IMG/VR virus record: IMGVR_UViG_3300017435_000001
Span: 1-45,509 of that record
Source: a virus
Reading direction: 5' to 3' (one strand)
Length of the DNA stretch: 45,509 nt
How positions within the stretch are numbered: the stretch's first letter is position 1; every line of letters begins with the position of its first letter. The notes under the pieces were generated by a model. It was given only the letters and a program-made list of their open reading frames with translations, did not search any database and was not told where the DNA came from. The position numbers and the translations under genes are program-made. This document shows, piece after piece, positions 21,369-29,541 of the stretch.

Positions 21369-23105
21369 ATGGTCATGGTCACGCCGGAACCCGGTCGGTC
21401 TCTCGTCCTACCGCGCCCGGCGTCGCTGATGCTGGAACTGAAAAGCGCGCCGTTCCGCAACAGGCTGTCGAGCCTCGTGTCGGCGCGCTCGTTCTACGAG
21501 ACCGAGATGCGCGAGATCGGCCGGTTCATCCGGCCCCGGCGCGGTCGGTTCCTGGGCGACAAGGTCATGACCGGCGGGCGCGAGAACCGCCTCTCGTCGG
21601 ACATCATCAACACGACGGCGACCATCGCCTCGCGAACGCTCAAGTCCGGCATGCAATCCGGCGTGTCGAGCCCGGCGCGGCCCTGGTTCAGGCTCACGAC
21701 GCCGGACCCGGATCTTGCCGAAAACGGCGAGGTCAAGGATTACCTGACGACGGTCGCCCGGCGCATGTCGACCGTGTTCAGCCGCTCGAACATCTACAAC
21801 TCGCTGCACACGGCGTACGGCGATCTCGGGGACTTCGGCACGTCCCTGATGATGATCGACGAGGATTTCACGGACGTGATCCGGTGCCACGTCCGCCCGC
21901 CCGGCTCGTACTGCCTCGCGATGGACGCGCGCGGCGGCATCGGCACGGCGTACGTCGAGTTCACCATGTCGGTCCTGGCCTGCGTCGAGAAGTGGGGCAA
22001 GCGCGTCTCGCGGAACGTGATGACATCGTACGACAGCGGGAACTATGACGTTCAGGTCGACATCGTCGAGGCCGTCGAGCCGAACATGCAGCAGGTGCGC
22101 GGCATGCCCGGCCCGCGTGGCGCGCCGTACATCCGCGTGTGGTTCGAGAAGTCGGGCGACGCGGCAGATCTCCTCGACTGCCGGCCCTGCCATGAGTTCC
22201 CGGCCTGCGCGCCCCGGTGGGAGATCCGCGAGGAAAGCGAGGTCTACGGGTACGGGCCTGGGCTTGAGGCGCTGAACGACGTCAAGGGCTTGCAGATGAT
22301 GGAAGTCCGCAAGCAGATCCTCGTCGACAAGATGGCGACGCCTCCGACGCAGGGCGGCTCCTCGCAAGTCAAGGTGAACCATCGGGCCGGCGCGCACACG
22401 TTCACGCCAGATCAGGCGGGCGCGGCCGGCGGCAAGGTCATCCATCCCCTGTACGAGATGAACGGGCAGGGCGCGCAGGCACTCGCGAGCGAGATCTCGC
22501 GCGCCGAAGATCGCGTGAACCGGGCGTACTTCTACGACCTGTTCCTGATGATGGCGCAGTCGGACCGGCGCGAGATCACGGCGCGCGAAGTCGACGAGCG
22601 CCACGAAGAAAAGCTCCTCGCGCTTGGGCCGGTGCTGGAACGGCTGCACAACGAAAACCTCGACCCGGCGATATCGCGGACCTTCAACATCATGCACCGC
22701 GCGGGCATCCTGCCGGAGCCGCCGAAGGCCCTGATCGAGACCGATCTCCGGGTGCAGTTCATCTCGACCCTAGCGCAGGCGCAGCGTGCCGTCGCCATCG
22801 GCGGCATCGAGAACATGGCGCGGTTCGTCGGTGGGCTCGCGCAAGTGTTCCCCTCGTCGGTCGACAAGTTCGACGCCGATCAGGCCATCGACGAATACGC
22901 GGACGCGCAGGGTGTGCCGCCGGGCGTCATCCTGTCCGACGACAAGGTCGCCAAGCTGCGCGCCGACAAGGCGAAGGCGGCGCAGGGCGAAGCGGCGATG
23001 GCCGGCACGGCGCAGGTGGCGAACCTGGGCAAGACGCTGGCCGAGACCGAGATCACGGATCAGAACGCGCTTGGGCAGGTGCTCGGCGGGGTGGGGGCTT
23101 ACTGA
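21369..23105 (+). CDS. Portal (T7 gp8-type head-to-tail connector)
   Basis: FYETEMREIGRFIRPRRGRF...SGVSSPARPWFRL... resembles the T7-type connector family. Sits upstream of scaffold and capsid. The track ORF starts at 21294. Confidence 0.85.
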   Translation: MVMVTPEPGRSLVLPRPASLMLELKSAPFRNRLSSLVSARSFYETEMREIGRFIRPRRGRFLGDKVMTGGRENRLSSDIINTTATIASRTLKSGMQSGVSSPARPWFRLTTPDPDLAENGEVKDYLTTVARRMSTVFSRSNIYNSLHTAYGDLGDFGTSLMMIDEDFTDVIRCHVRPPGSYCLAMDARGGIGTAYVEFTMSVLACVEKWGKRVSRNVMTSYDSGNYDVQVDIVEAVEPNMQQVRGMPGPRGAPYIRVWFEKSGDAADLLDCRPCHEFPACAPRWEIREESEVYGYGPGLEALNDVKGLQMMEVRKQILVDKMATPPTQGGSSQVKVNHRAGAHTFTPDQAGAAGGKVIHPLYEMNGQGAQALASEISRAEDRVNRAYFYDLFLMMAQSDRREITAREVDERHEEKLLALGPVLERLHNENLDPAISRTFNIMHRAGILPEPPKALIETDLRVQFISTLAQAQRAVAIGGIENMARFVGGLAQVFPSSVDKFDADQAIDEYADAQGVPPGVILSDDKVAKLRADKAKAAQGEAAMAGTAQVANLGKTLAETEITDQNALGQVLGGVGAY

Positions 23106-23278
23106 TGCGCGTTTTCTCATGGTTGCTTGATGCGCTGATGTCCGCGCTTCTTCTAGTGGTTGTTGTGTTCGTAATCCTGCGTGTGTTTGGTGTAATTGGG
23201 TACGGGTGCTCTATTGTGAAAACTAAGCCGGGAGAGGCGAAAGCTTTCGGCTGCGTTGCTGTCTGGAATGTCCGATGA
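23105..23278 (+). CDS. Candidate unlisted small membrane protein (57 aa)
   Basis: MRVFSWLLDALMSALLLVVVVFVILRVFGVIGYG.... Its ATG shares a base with the portal TGA, and its stop forms ATGA with the next gene. About 50% GC. Confidence 0.45.
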   Translation: MRVFSWLLDALMSALLLVVVVFVILRVFGVIGYGCSIVKTKPGEAKAFGCVAVWNVR

Positions 23279-23550
23279 TTGATCTTCTGTCCGATAGCGA
23301 GGCCGCCGACATCGAGGCGCGCGACGCCGCGACCGCCGCACAGGAGCGCGTCAACGACACCCGGCTCATCATGGCCGATAAGGCGGGCCGCCGGTTCGTG
23401 TACCAGACCATCGCCGAACTCGGCGGGTTCGATGCGGTTCACGGCGAGCGCGGCGCGGGCCGCCATGAGGCCGCGCTCGACATCATCGCGCGGATCAAGG
23501 AAGCTGGTCTCGCGTATTGGCTGCGCATGATTGAGGAGAATGAGACGTGA
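23275..23550 (+). CDS. Hypothetical protein (91 aa)
   Basis: ATG ORF lying between portal and scaffold. Confidence 0.6.
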   Translation: MIDLLSDSEAADIEARDAATAAQERVNDTRLIMADKAGRRFVYQTIAELGGFDAVHGERGAGRHEAALDIIARIKEAGLAYWLRMIEENET

Positions 23551-24410
23551 CGCATCGTATTTCAGGGGGCTTTCGCCATGGTTCTTCTATCGCCGCGATC
23601 CTTGCCGGCCTGGGTCCGCGCATCGCTCTTGCCCCGCCTGACGAGGGCGGCGGCGGCGCTGCTGCCGGGGCTGGCGGGGGCGATACTGGCGGGTCGGCCG
23701 GCGCGGGCGATGGAGCCGGAGGAGATGATAACAAGGGCGGCGCTGCGAGCGGTGGCGCGGAACAGTCGGCCTTGGCATCTGCGGCAGGAAAAGCCGCTGA
23801 AGCCGCAGCCGCCCCCAAGCCCGGCGCGACTGAGGGGAAAGTCGAGGGCGAGGACAAGGTAAAGCCCGGCGAGGAGAAGAAGCCGGAGGGCGAGGCCGCC
23901 AAGCCTAAGGACGGCGAGCCGCCGGCCGACGAGCCCGTGAAGGACGTCGATGGCAACCCGCTGCCGGAGAAGTACGAGATCAAGATGGCGGACGGCGTCG
24001 AGATGGACGCCAAGCTCTACGAGGTCGCCGCGCCGATCTTCAAGGAGCACAAGATGTCGCCCGCACAGGCGCAGGCGATGACGGATCTGTACACGAAGGT
24101 TCAGGGCGACGCGATTGCGCAGCACTCGGCCATGGTTTCGGGGTGGCTCGACGAGGCGAAGAAAGACCCCGAAATCGGCGGCGCGAAGTACGAGGAAAAC
24201 GTTGGCCGGGCCGGCGCTGCTTTCCAGGCGTTCGGGAACGAGCGGCTGATGCAGATCTTCGACACGTACGGGCTCGGCAATAACCCCGACGTCTTGCGTT
24301 GTTTCGCGCGTATCGGTAATGCAATGGGGGAAGGCGCGACCATCCTCCCCGGTTCGGGTACGGGTCGTGTGTCCGATGCACAGGCGTTCTACCCGAATAT
24401 GCAAAAATAG
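23547..24410 (+). CDS. Capsid scaffolding protein (positional call)
   Basis: Lies between portal and major capsid. Gly/Ala/Glu/Lys-rich low-complexity N-terminal half and helical C-terminal half. GTGA overlap at the start. Confidence 0.6.
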   Translation: MTHRISGGFRHGSSIAAILAGLGPRIALAPPDEGGGGAAAGAGGGDTGGSAGAGDGAGGDDNKGGAASGGAEQSALASAAGKAAEAAAAPKPGATEGKVEGEDKVKPGEEKKPEGEAAKPKDGEPPADEPVKDVDGNPLPEKYEIKMADGVEMDAKLYEVAAPIFKEHKMSPAQAQAMTDLYTKVQGDAIAQHSAMVSGWLDEAKKDPEIGGAKYEENVGRAGAAFQAFGNERLMQIFDTYGLGNNPDVLRCFARIGNAMGEGATILPGSGTGRVSDAQAFYPNMQK

Positions 24411-24466
24411 ACCCGTGGGGACGGGGTCGGCTCTAAAGCCTCACGCAACTTCGTGAGGATGGAAAA

Positions 24467-25456
24467 ATGGCAGTCGTCGGTTCGCTCGTGATGACCCTGG
24501 CGGACGTGGGCAAGACCCTCGACCCGAACGGTTCGGTCGCTCGCATCATCGAAATTCTGAACCAGCAAAACGAGATGCTGGAAGACATCCTCTGGATGGA
24601 GTGCAACGGCGGCGACAATCACACGTCGGCGATCCGCACGGGCCTGCCGGCCGGTACGTGGCGCATGCTGTACCAGGGCGTCCAGCCGGCCAAGACGACC
24701 CGCGCGCAGGTCAAGGACACGGTCGGCATGCTGGAGAACTACAGCGAGCCCGACAAGAAGCTGATCGACCTCGCCAAGGACGGCCCGGCCCTGCGTCTCT
24801 CCGAGGCGCGCGGCATCATGGAGGGCATGAACCAGCAGATGCAGCAGGCGTTCCTCTACGGGAACCAGAACGTCGTGCAGCAGATGTTCACGGGGTTTTC
24901 GCCCCGGTTCAACTCCCTGACCGCCGGCACTGGCGCGAACATCATCGACGCGGGCGGCACCGGCCTCGACAACACGTCCATCTGGTACGTGGTGTGGGGC
25001 GAGGATACCTGCTTCGGCCTCTACCCGCGCGGCGTCCCCGGCGGCCTCAAGCACCGCGACCTGGGCGAGGACACGAAGGTGCTCTCGGACGGCTCCATGT
25101 ACCAGGTGCTCCGCGACCACTTCGAGTGGTCCGCCGGCATGGCCCTGCGCGACTGGCGGTACGTCGTCCGCATCGCCAACATCGACGTCTCGGATCTGAC
25201 GACCGACGTCTCGAAGCTGAAGGCCCTCGTCGGCCTGATGATCCAGGCGTCGGAACTGATCCGCACGCAGGGCAACGGCAAGGCCGCGTGGTACATGAAC
25301 CGCAACACGGCCTCGAAGCTGCGGCAAGCGATCCTCGAGAAGATCGGCCTCAACCTGACGTGGGAGACCGTGTCCGGTAAAAAAGTCATGATGTTCGACG
25401 GCGTCCCCGTGCGCCGGATCGAACAGCTTCTGAATACCGAAGCGCGCGTCGTCTAA
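24467..25456 (+). CDS. Major capsid protein
   Basis: 329 aa, immediately after the scaffold, with GAGGA SD. The sequence resembles BPP-1/epsilon15-type podovirus coat proteins as I recall them. Confidence 0.8.
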   Translation: MAVVGSLVMTLADVGKTLDPNGSVARIIEILNQQNEMLEDILWMECNGGDNHTSAIRTGLPAGTWRMLYQGVQPAKTTRAQVKDTVGMLENYSEPDKKLIDLAKDGPALRLSEARGIMEGMNQQMQQAFLYGNQNVVQQMFTGFSPRFNSLTAGTGANIIDAGGTGLDNTSIWYVVWGEDTCFGLYPRGVPGGLKHRDLGEDTKVLSDGSMYQVLRDHFEWSAGMALRDWRYVVRIANIDVSDLTTDVSKLKALVGLMIQASELIRTQGNGKAAWYMNRNTASKLRQAILEKIGLNLTWETVSGKKVMMFDGVPVRRIEQLLNTEARVV

Positions 25457-25565
25457 GCGCGCGGGAGATGGCGAGCCGGACGCCTCCGGCAGAGGGCGCG
25501 ACATAGCGACCCCCGAGTGGGTGGAAGGCCCACAACCCTATCTCTTTCCGCGAGGCTCGCACGCC

Positions 25566-26000
25566 ATGATCCTTTCCAAGCAGGACGAATTCTCGAACGC
25601 CCAGGCCATCACGGCGACCGCCTCTTCGACGGGGCAGTTGGACATGGGGCCGGCGGCATACACCGGAGTGTCGGTCGGCACGGATCGCGGCGGGCAGGTC
25701 GCGTTCGCGGTCGACGCCGACTTCGCCGCAGCCGGTGCCGCGACGCTGACCATCGCCGTGCGCTCGGCCGATACCGCCGACATGGTCACGGGTGTGATGA
25801 TCCATTCGCAGTCGGCTCCGATCCCGGTCGCGTCTCTGAAGAAGGGCGTCTCCATGCGCGCCCTCGGCGTCGTGCTCCGCGTGCCCGAGAACGCCAAGCG
25901 ATACGTCGACCTCGTGTACACGGTCGCGACCGGCCCGTTCACGGCGGGGCAGCTTTCCGCCCGCCTCGCGATGGGGCTCCCGAACAGCGTCGGCGCGTAA
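25566..26000 (+). CDS. Head decoration/cement protein candidate (Bbp16-like)
   Basis: 144 aa directly after the capsid gene. N-terminus MILSKQDEFSNAQAITATASSTGQLDMG resembles BPP-1-type cement proteins from memory. The track ORF starts at 25521. Confidence 0.5.
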   Translation: MILSKQDEFSNAQAITATASSTGQLDMGPAAYTGVSVGTDRGGQVAFAVDADFAAAGAATLTIAVRSADTADMVTGVMIHSQSAPIPVASLKKGVSMRALGVVLRVPENAKRYVDLVYTVATGPFTAGQLSARLAMGLPNSVGA

Positions 26001-26059
26001 CGCGCCCTCGCCTCGCCACCCGCCGGCCTGCCGGCTGAAACCCACGCGGAGACCGCACC

Positions 26060-26674
26060 ATGACCGACGAGAACAAGCGCAAGGCCGAGGCCGACAAGGC
26101 CCGCGACAACGCCCGCAAGGCGCTGGAAGCCAATCAGGACAAGGCCGGCGACGCCGCCGCCAAGGACCCGCGTTCGCCGGAGGAGCGCGCCACCGGCTCG
26201 CGTCAGGACGAGGACGACCTCGCCCGCGATACCGCCGCCGCGCAGGGCCGCTCCGGCGTCGAGGGGCTGTCGCCCGATCAGCCGAAGGACACCCTCGTGG
26301 CGTCGCCCGGCGCGCAGTTCGACCCGGCCGCCGTCGCCCGCCTCCCGGCCGGCGTCACGTCCTCGCCGCTGAACCAGCCGATCCCCGAGGGCATGGGCGC
26401 GACCGTGTCCCGCCTGCCCGACCCCTACGAGTTCGAGGACGGCGAGAACGGCGTGTGGGGCCGGGACGAGCGGACCGGGAAGGTGATCCGCCCGCGCCAG
26501 TACCCGAAGCTCGAAGGGCAGGACGTGCTTGTGACCAAGACGGGGTACATCGACGACGCGATCCGCAACGAGGGCGAGATCATGCGCGGGTACACCGGGC
26601 CGCTGGCGTCGTGGATGCAGCCCCTCGACGACAAGGGCCAGCCGATCCCGCGCAACAAGTTCAAGCTGGCCTGA
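26060..26674 (+). CDS. Hypothetical virion-module protein (204 aa)
   Basis: ATG ORF within the structural operon. Charged, disordered N-terminal half. Confidence 0.6.
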   Translation: MTDENKRKAEADKARDNARKALEANQDKAGDAAAKDPRSPEERATGSRQDEDDLARDTAAAQGRSGVEGLSPDQPKDTLVASPGAQFDPAAVARLPAGVTSSPLNQPIPEGMGATVSRLPDPYEFEDGENGVWGRDERTGKVIRPRQYPKLEGQDVLVTKTGYIDDAIRNEGEIMRGYTGPLASWMQPLDDKGQPIPRNKFKLA

Positions 26675-26739
26675 CGCGCGATCCTGCGCGTAGCGACTAG
26701 ACGCATGCGGCGGGGATTGTCCCCGTCGCAGATCAGGGG

Positions 26740-27066
26740 GTGCCCGTGGCCGATCTCGTTTCTCTCAAGCGCACGCCGGCAGAGATCAAGGACGAGAAGT
26801 CCGAGATGTACGAGCCGCCCGAGTACGATTACGGGACGCGGCTGTGCTTCGACGACGAGGCGCTGAAGAAGCTCGGTATCGGCGCGGTCCGCGTTGGGGA
26901 CGAGATGATGCTCACGGCGCGCGTGAAGGTCGTCTCCTATAGCGAGAACGAAAGCGAGCGGCACAAGCACCGCTCTGCGGATCTGCAAGTCACGGACGCC
27001 GCGCTCTCGCCGGCCGTCGACCCGAACCGCAAGTCGGATGCGCAGGCGCTCTATGGCAGCGAGTGA
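26740..27066 (+). CDS. Hypothetical virion-module protein (108 aa; GTG start, alternative at 26746)
   Basis: GTG after CAGGGGG. The stop overlaps the next gene by 14 nt. Confidence 0.55.
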   Translation: MPVADLVSLKRTPAEIKDEKSEMYEPPEYDYGTRLCFDDEALKKLGIGAVRVGDEMMLTARVKVVSYSENESERHKHRSADLQVTDAALSPAVDPNRKSDAQALYGSE

Positions 27067-27982
27067 AATCGAGATCTGCAACCTCGCGCTCGGGCACCTG
27101 CGGCAGGGGTCAATCTCTTCCTTCGACGAGGCGAGCCCGGCTGCGAAGCAGTGCCGCCTGTTCTACCGGCAGGCCATCGACACCGCCATGCGTGGCGCTG
27201 ACTGGCCGTTCTGCCGGGCGTACATCGCCGGGGCGCTAGTCACGGGCGCGACGTCTCCGGGGTTCAAATACGGGTTCGCCAAGCCGGACGGCGTGCTGGC
27301 CGTGCGCGAGATCGCGCGAGCGGACCGGCTGTCTGATCCCATCCCGTACGAGATCAGCCGGTACGGCGATCAGTCGGTGATCTTCACGAACGCGCCGGCC
27401 CCCGTGTTCCGCTGCACCGTGCGCGTTATAGACGTCGCCGATTACGACGTGCAGTTCACGGACGCGGCCTCGTACTTCCTGGCGATGCATCTCGCGATGC
27501 CGCTGACGGGGAAGGTTTCGCTCGTCGATGCGATGCGCAAGCTGGCGACGTCCGCCCTCGACATGGCCGAGACGGACGCGGCGAACGAGGACACGAACGA
27601 CATCGGGGAAGATCCGGTGCCGGATTGGCTGGCGGCGCGCGGGGTCGTCTCCCTGACGCGGGCGCAGAGGGCGCAGGATTGGGGCGCGAGCCGGTTCGGC
27701 GGCCTGCCGGCCATCACGTACCTGCCGAACGAAAGCGGCGCTCCTGCGCCCGCCATGCTCACGGGACCGCCGTCGCAGATCGAGGCGGCGTACATCCCCG
27801 GTTTGACCGCGCCCGTCGAGCCGGCCTTGCCGATCCTCGGCAGTTCCGACTTCAAGGTGACGGTTGACGGCGGTCGCGAAGGCGAGGCACCGTCCGATCC
27901 GAACACGGGCATCCCCGATGCCTATGACGTCACACTGCGCCGGACCGTGAACATCACGGTCGACGGCGGCCGAGAGGGTTGA
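27053..27982 (+). CDS. Tail tubular protein A / adaptor (T7 gp11-like)
   Basis: EIEICNLALGHLRQGSISSFDEASPAAKQCRLFYRQAIDTAMRGADWPF parallels the T7 gp11 N-terminal pattern. Sits upstream of the nozzle gene. Confidence 0.7.
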   Translation: MAASEIEICNLALGHLRQGSISSFDEASPAAKQCRLFYRQAIDTAMRGADWPFCRAYIAGALVTGATSPGFKYGFAKPDGVLAVREIARADRLSDPIPYEISRYGDQSVIFTNAPAPVFRCTVRVIDVADYDVQFTDAASYFLAMHLAMPLTGKVSLVDAMRKLATSALDMAETDAANEDTNDIGEDPVPDWLAARGVVSLTRAQRAQDWGASRFGGLPAITYLPNESGAPAPAMLTGPPSQIEAAYIPGLTAPVEPALPILGSSDFKVTVDGGREGEAPSDPNTGIPDAYDVTLRRTVNITVDGGREG

Positions 27983-27984
27983 GT

Positions 27985-29481
27985 ATGAGCGCGGGCGCGA
28001 ACATCAACGTCGATCTTGTTCGCGAGCGCCGGTCGTTCGTGGCCGGGTATCGGCCCGGCGTCGGGAACAGCGCACGGCCCCTGCTCGAGGGCGAACCGTT
28101 CGTGAACTACGCGGACAAGGTCCGCTGCATCGGCACGGGCGATGGCGCGTTCATCGAGAGTTCGCTCGATACGGACGGGCTCAAGGTCTACGCGCAGGCC
28201 GGCACGGCGGCCGGCAACAAGCTGATCGCGGACAAGCTCAAGGGCCTGTACGTCCTGCCGGAAGAGTACCCCAAGGCGGGGCCGATAGGGCAGGGCGACG
28301 ACACCGCCGCCGTCAACGCCGCGTTCGCTACCGGGCGAAAGGTGCTGTTCCTCGAAAGAAAATATCAGGTCACGAACGTACTGATCCCGAAGGAAAGCCA
28401 AGGCGCAGCCGGGTTCGGCGACAAGTCCGTAATCGAGGGTGGCGTCGGCGGCGAGGCAACCGGCCACATCATGCAAATGGTCGGCCTGGACTACATCAAC
28501 CGCGCGTGGAACGCGGTATTCGAGAACTTCAAGATCAGCACGGCAGTAAACCGTACTGGCGGAAGCGCTTTCCTCGTTCGGAACAGTAGCAATATTTCTC
28601 TTGAGAACGTCCGCATCGGAGACCTGAAAGACCTCTATACGGGCGTGGCGAACGGGAAGTTCCTCTATAACGGGGCGACCTTCATCGACTACTATCATGC
28701 CACGATGAAGGGCTGTCACATGGCAGGCTTCAACCACGATGGCGTGACCATTGCCGGCATCGACATCGGTGGCGCGGAATTCTTCTGGGAGGGCGCGCAG
28801 GTTATCCAGGCGGCGCGGGCCGGCTTCCACTGCGGCGGCAAGGCGGGCGGCGTGAAGCTGATCTCGGGCGGCGCTTCGCTGTGTCAGATCGGCTTGCTGG
28901 TCTCGCTTGAACTCGACCCGGTCGTGAACCCGCAGATCTTCGTCGGGTCCATGTTCTCGCTCGACACCTGCATCGACTACGGCGCGCTGTTTCAGCCGAA
29001 CGCGACGTACTTCTTCGCGGCCGATATCATGTGGTGCCGTGGCATCGGCAAGAATGCGGGCGGCGTCGCCATCCCAGGCGCGCAGGGCAAGGGCATTTTC
29101 GTGGCGGCAGGCCAGCGCCCGGATGCCCTGTTCCAGATCTCGCAGCTTACGTGCAACGAGAACACGGGTACGGGCGCAGAGTTCAACGGCGGAAACGTCA
29201 TCGTCGCTGGCGGCGAAGCTTCGTTCAACACGAACAACGGTCTCGTTATCGGCGGCGATATCCCGCTGTTCAAGGGAACCGGAGTGATGACGCGGTACAA
29301 CGGCCAGTATGGGCACTATGTCGACCCCGCCGTGGTCGCGGGTGCGAAGGCCGGGAACCGGACGCTGCACTTGGTCGGTCCGACGAGCTTCGCCAACGGG
29401 GCGGGCGAAAGCTTCGGCTTCACCGGGGCGAACGCCGGGCGCTACCGCCTTGACGCCGCGATGGGTGTCGTGAGCCCCTGA
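27985..29481 (+). CDS. Tailspike with right-handed beta-helix (pectate-lyase-like) domain
   Basis: GDDTAAVNAAFATGRKVLFLERKYQV, then repetitive G/N-rich turns (NSSNISLENVRIGD..., GGNVIVAGGEASFNTNNGLVIGG). ATG 27985 follows GAGGG. Confidence 0.7.
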   Translation: MSAGANINVDLVRERRSFVAGYRPGVGNSARPLLEGEPFVNYADKVRCIGTGDGAFIESSLDTDGLKVYAQAGTAAGNKLIADKLKGLYVLPEEYPKAGPIGQGDDTAAVNAAFATGRKVLFLERKYQVTNVLIPKESQGAAGFGDKSVIEGGVGGEATGHIMQMVGLDYINRAWNAVFENFKISTAVNRTGGSAFLVRNSSNISLENVRIGDLKDLYTGVANGKFLYNGATFIDYYHATMKGCHMAGFNHDGVTIAGIDIGGAEFFWEGAQVIQAARAGFHCGGKAGGVKLISGGASLCQIGLLVSLELDPVVNPQIFVGSMFSLDTCIDYGALFQPNATYFFAADIMWCRGIGKNAGGVAIPGAQGKGIFVAAGQRPDALFQISQLTCNENTGTGAEFNGGNVIVAGGEASFNTNNGLVIGGDIPLFKGTGVMTRYNGQYGHYVDPAVVAGAKAGNRTLHLVGPTSFANGAGESFGFTGANAGRYRLDAAMGVVSP

Positions 29482-29541
29482 GGATGGCGCGGCCGGTCGC
29501 CCGGCCTTGCCCCCTCCTTCACCTGCCGGCATAGGTAGACG

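Noticed and set aside
19592-21460. 622-aa minus-strand ORF, with similar giants at 27922-29946 (674 aa), 30376-32091 (571 aa), 33903-35315 (470 aa) and 21408-22697 (429 aa)
   Set aside because: These are antisense shadows of well-supported plus-strand genes in a high-GC genome. The translations are Arg/Ala/Pro/Gly-rich junk with no motifs, and the opposite-strand genes carry clear domain signatures and coupled start/stop junctions.
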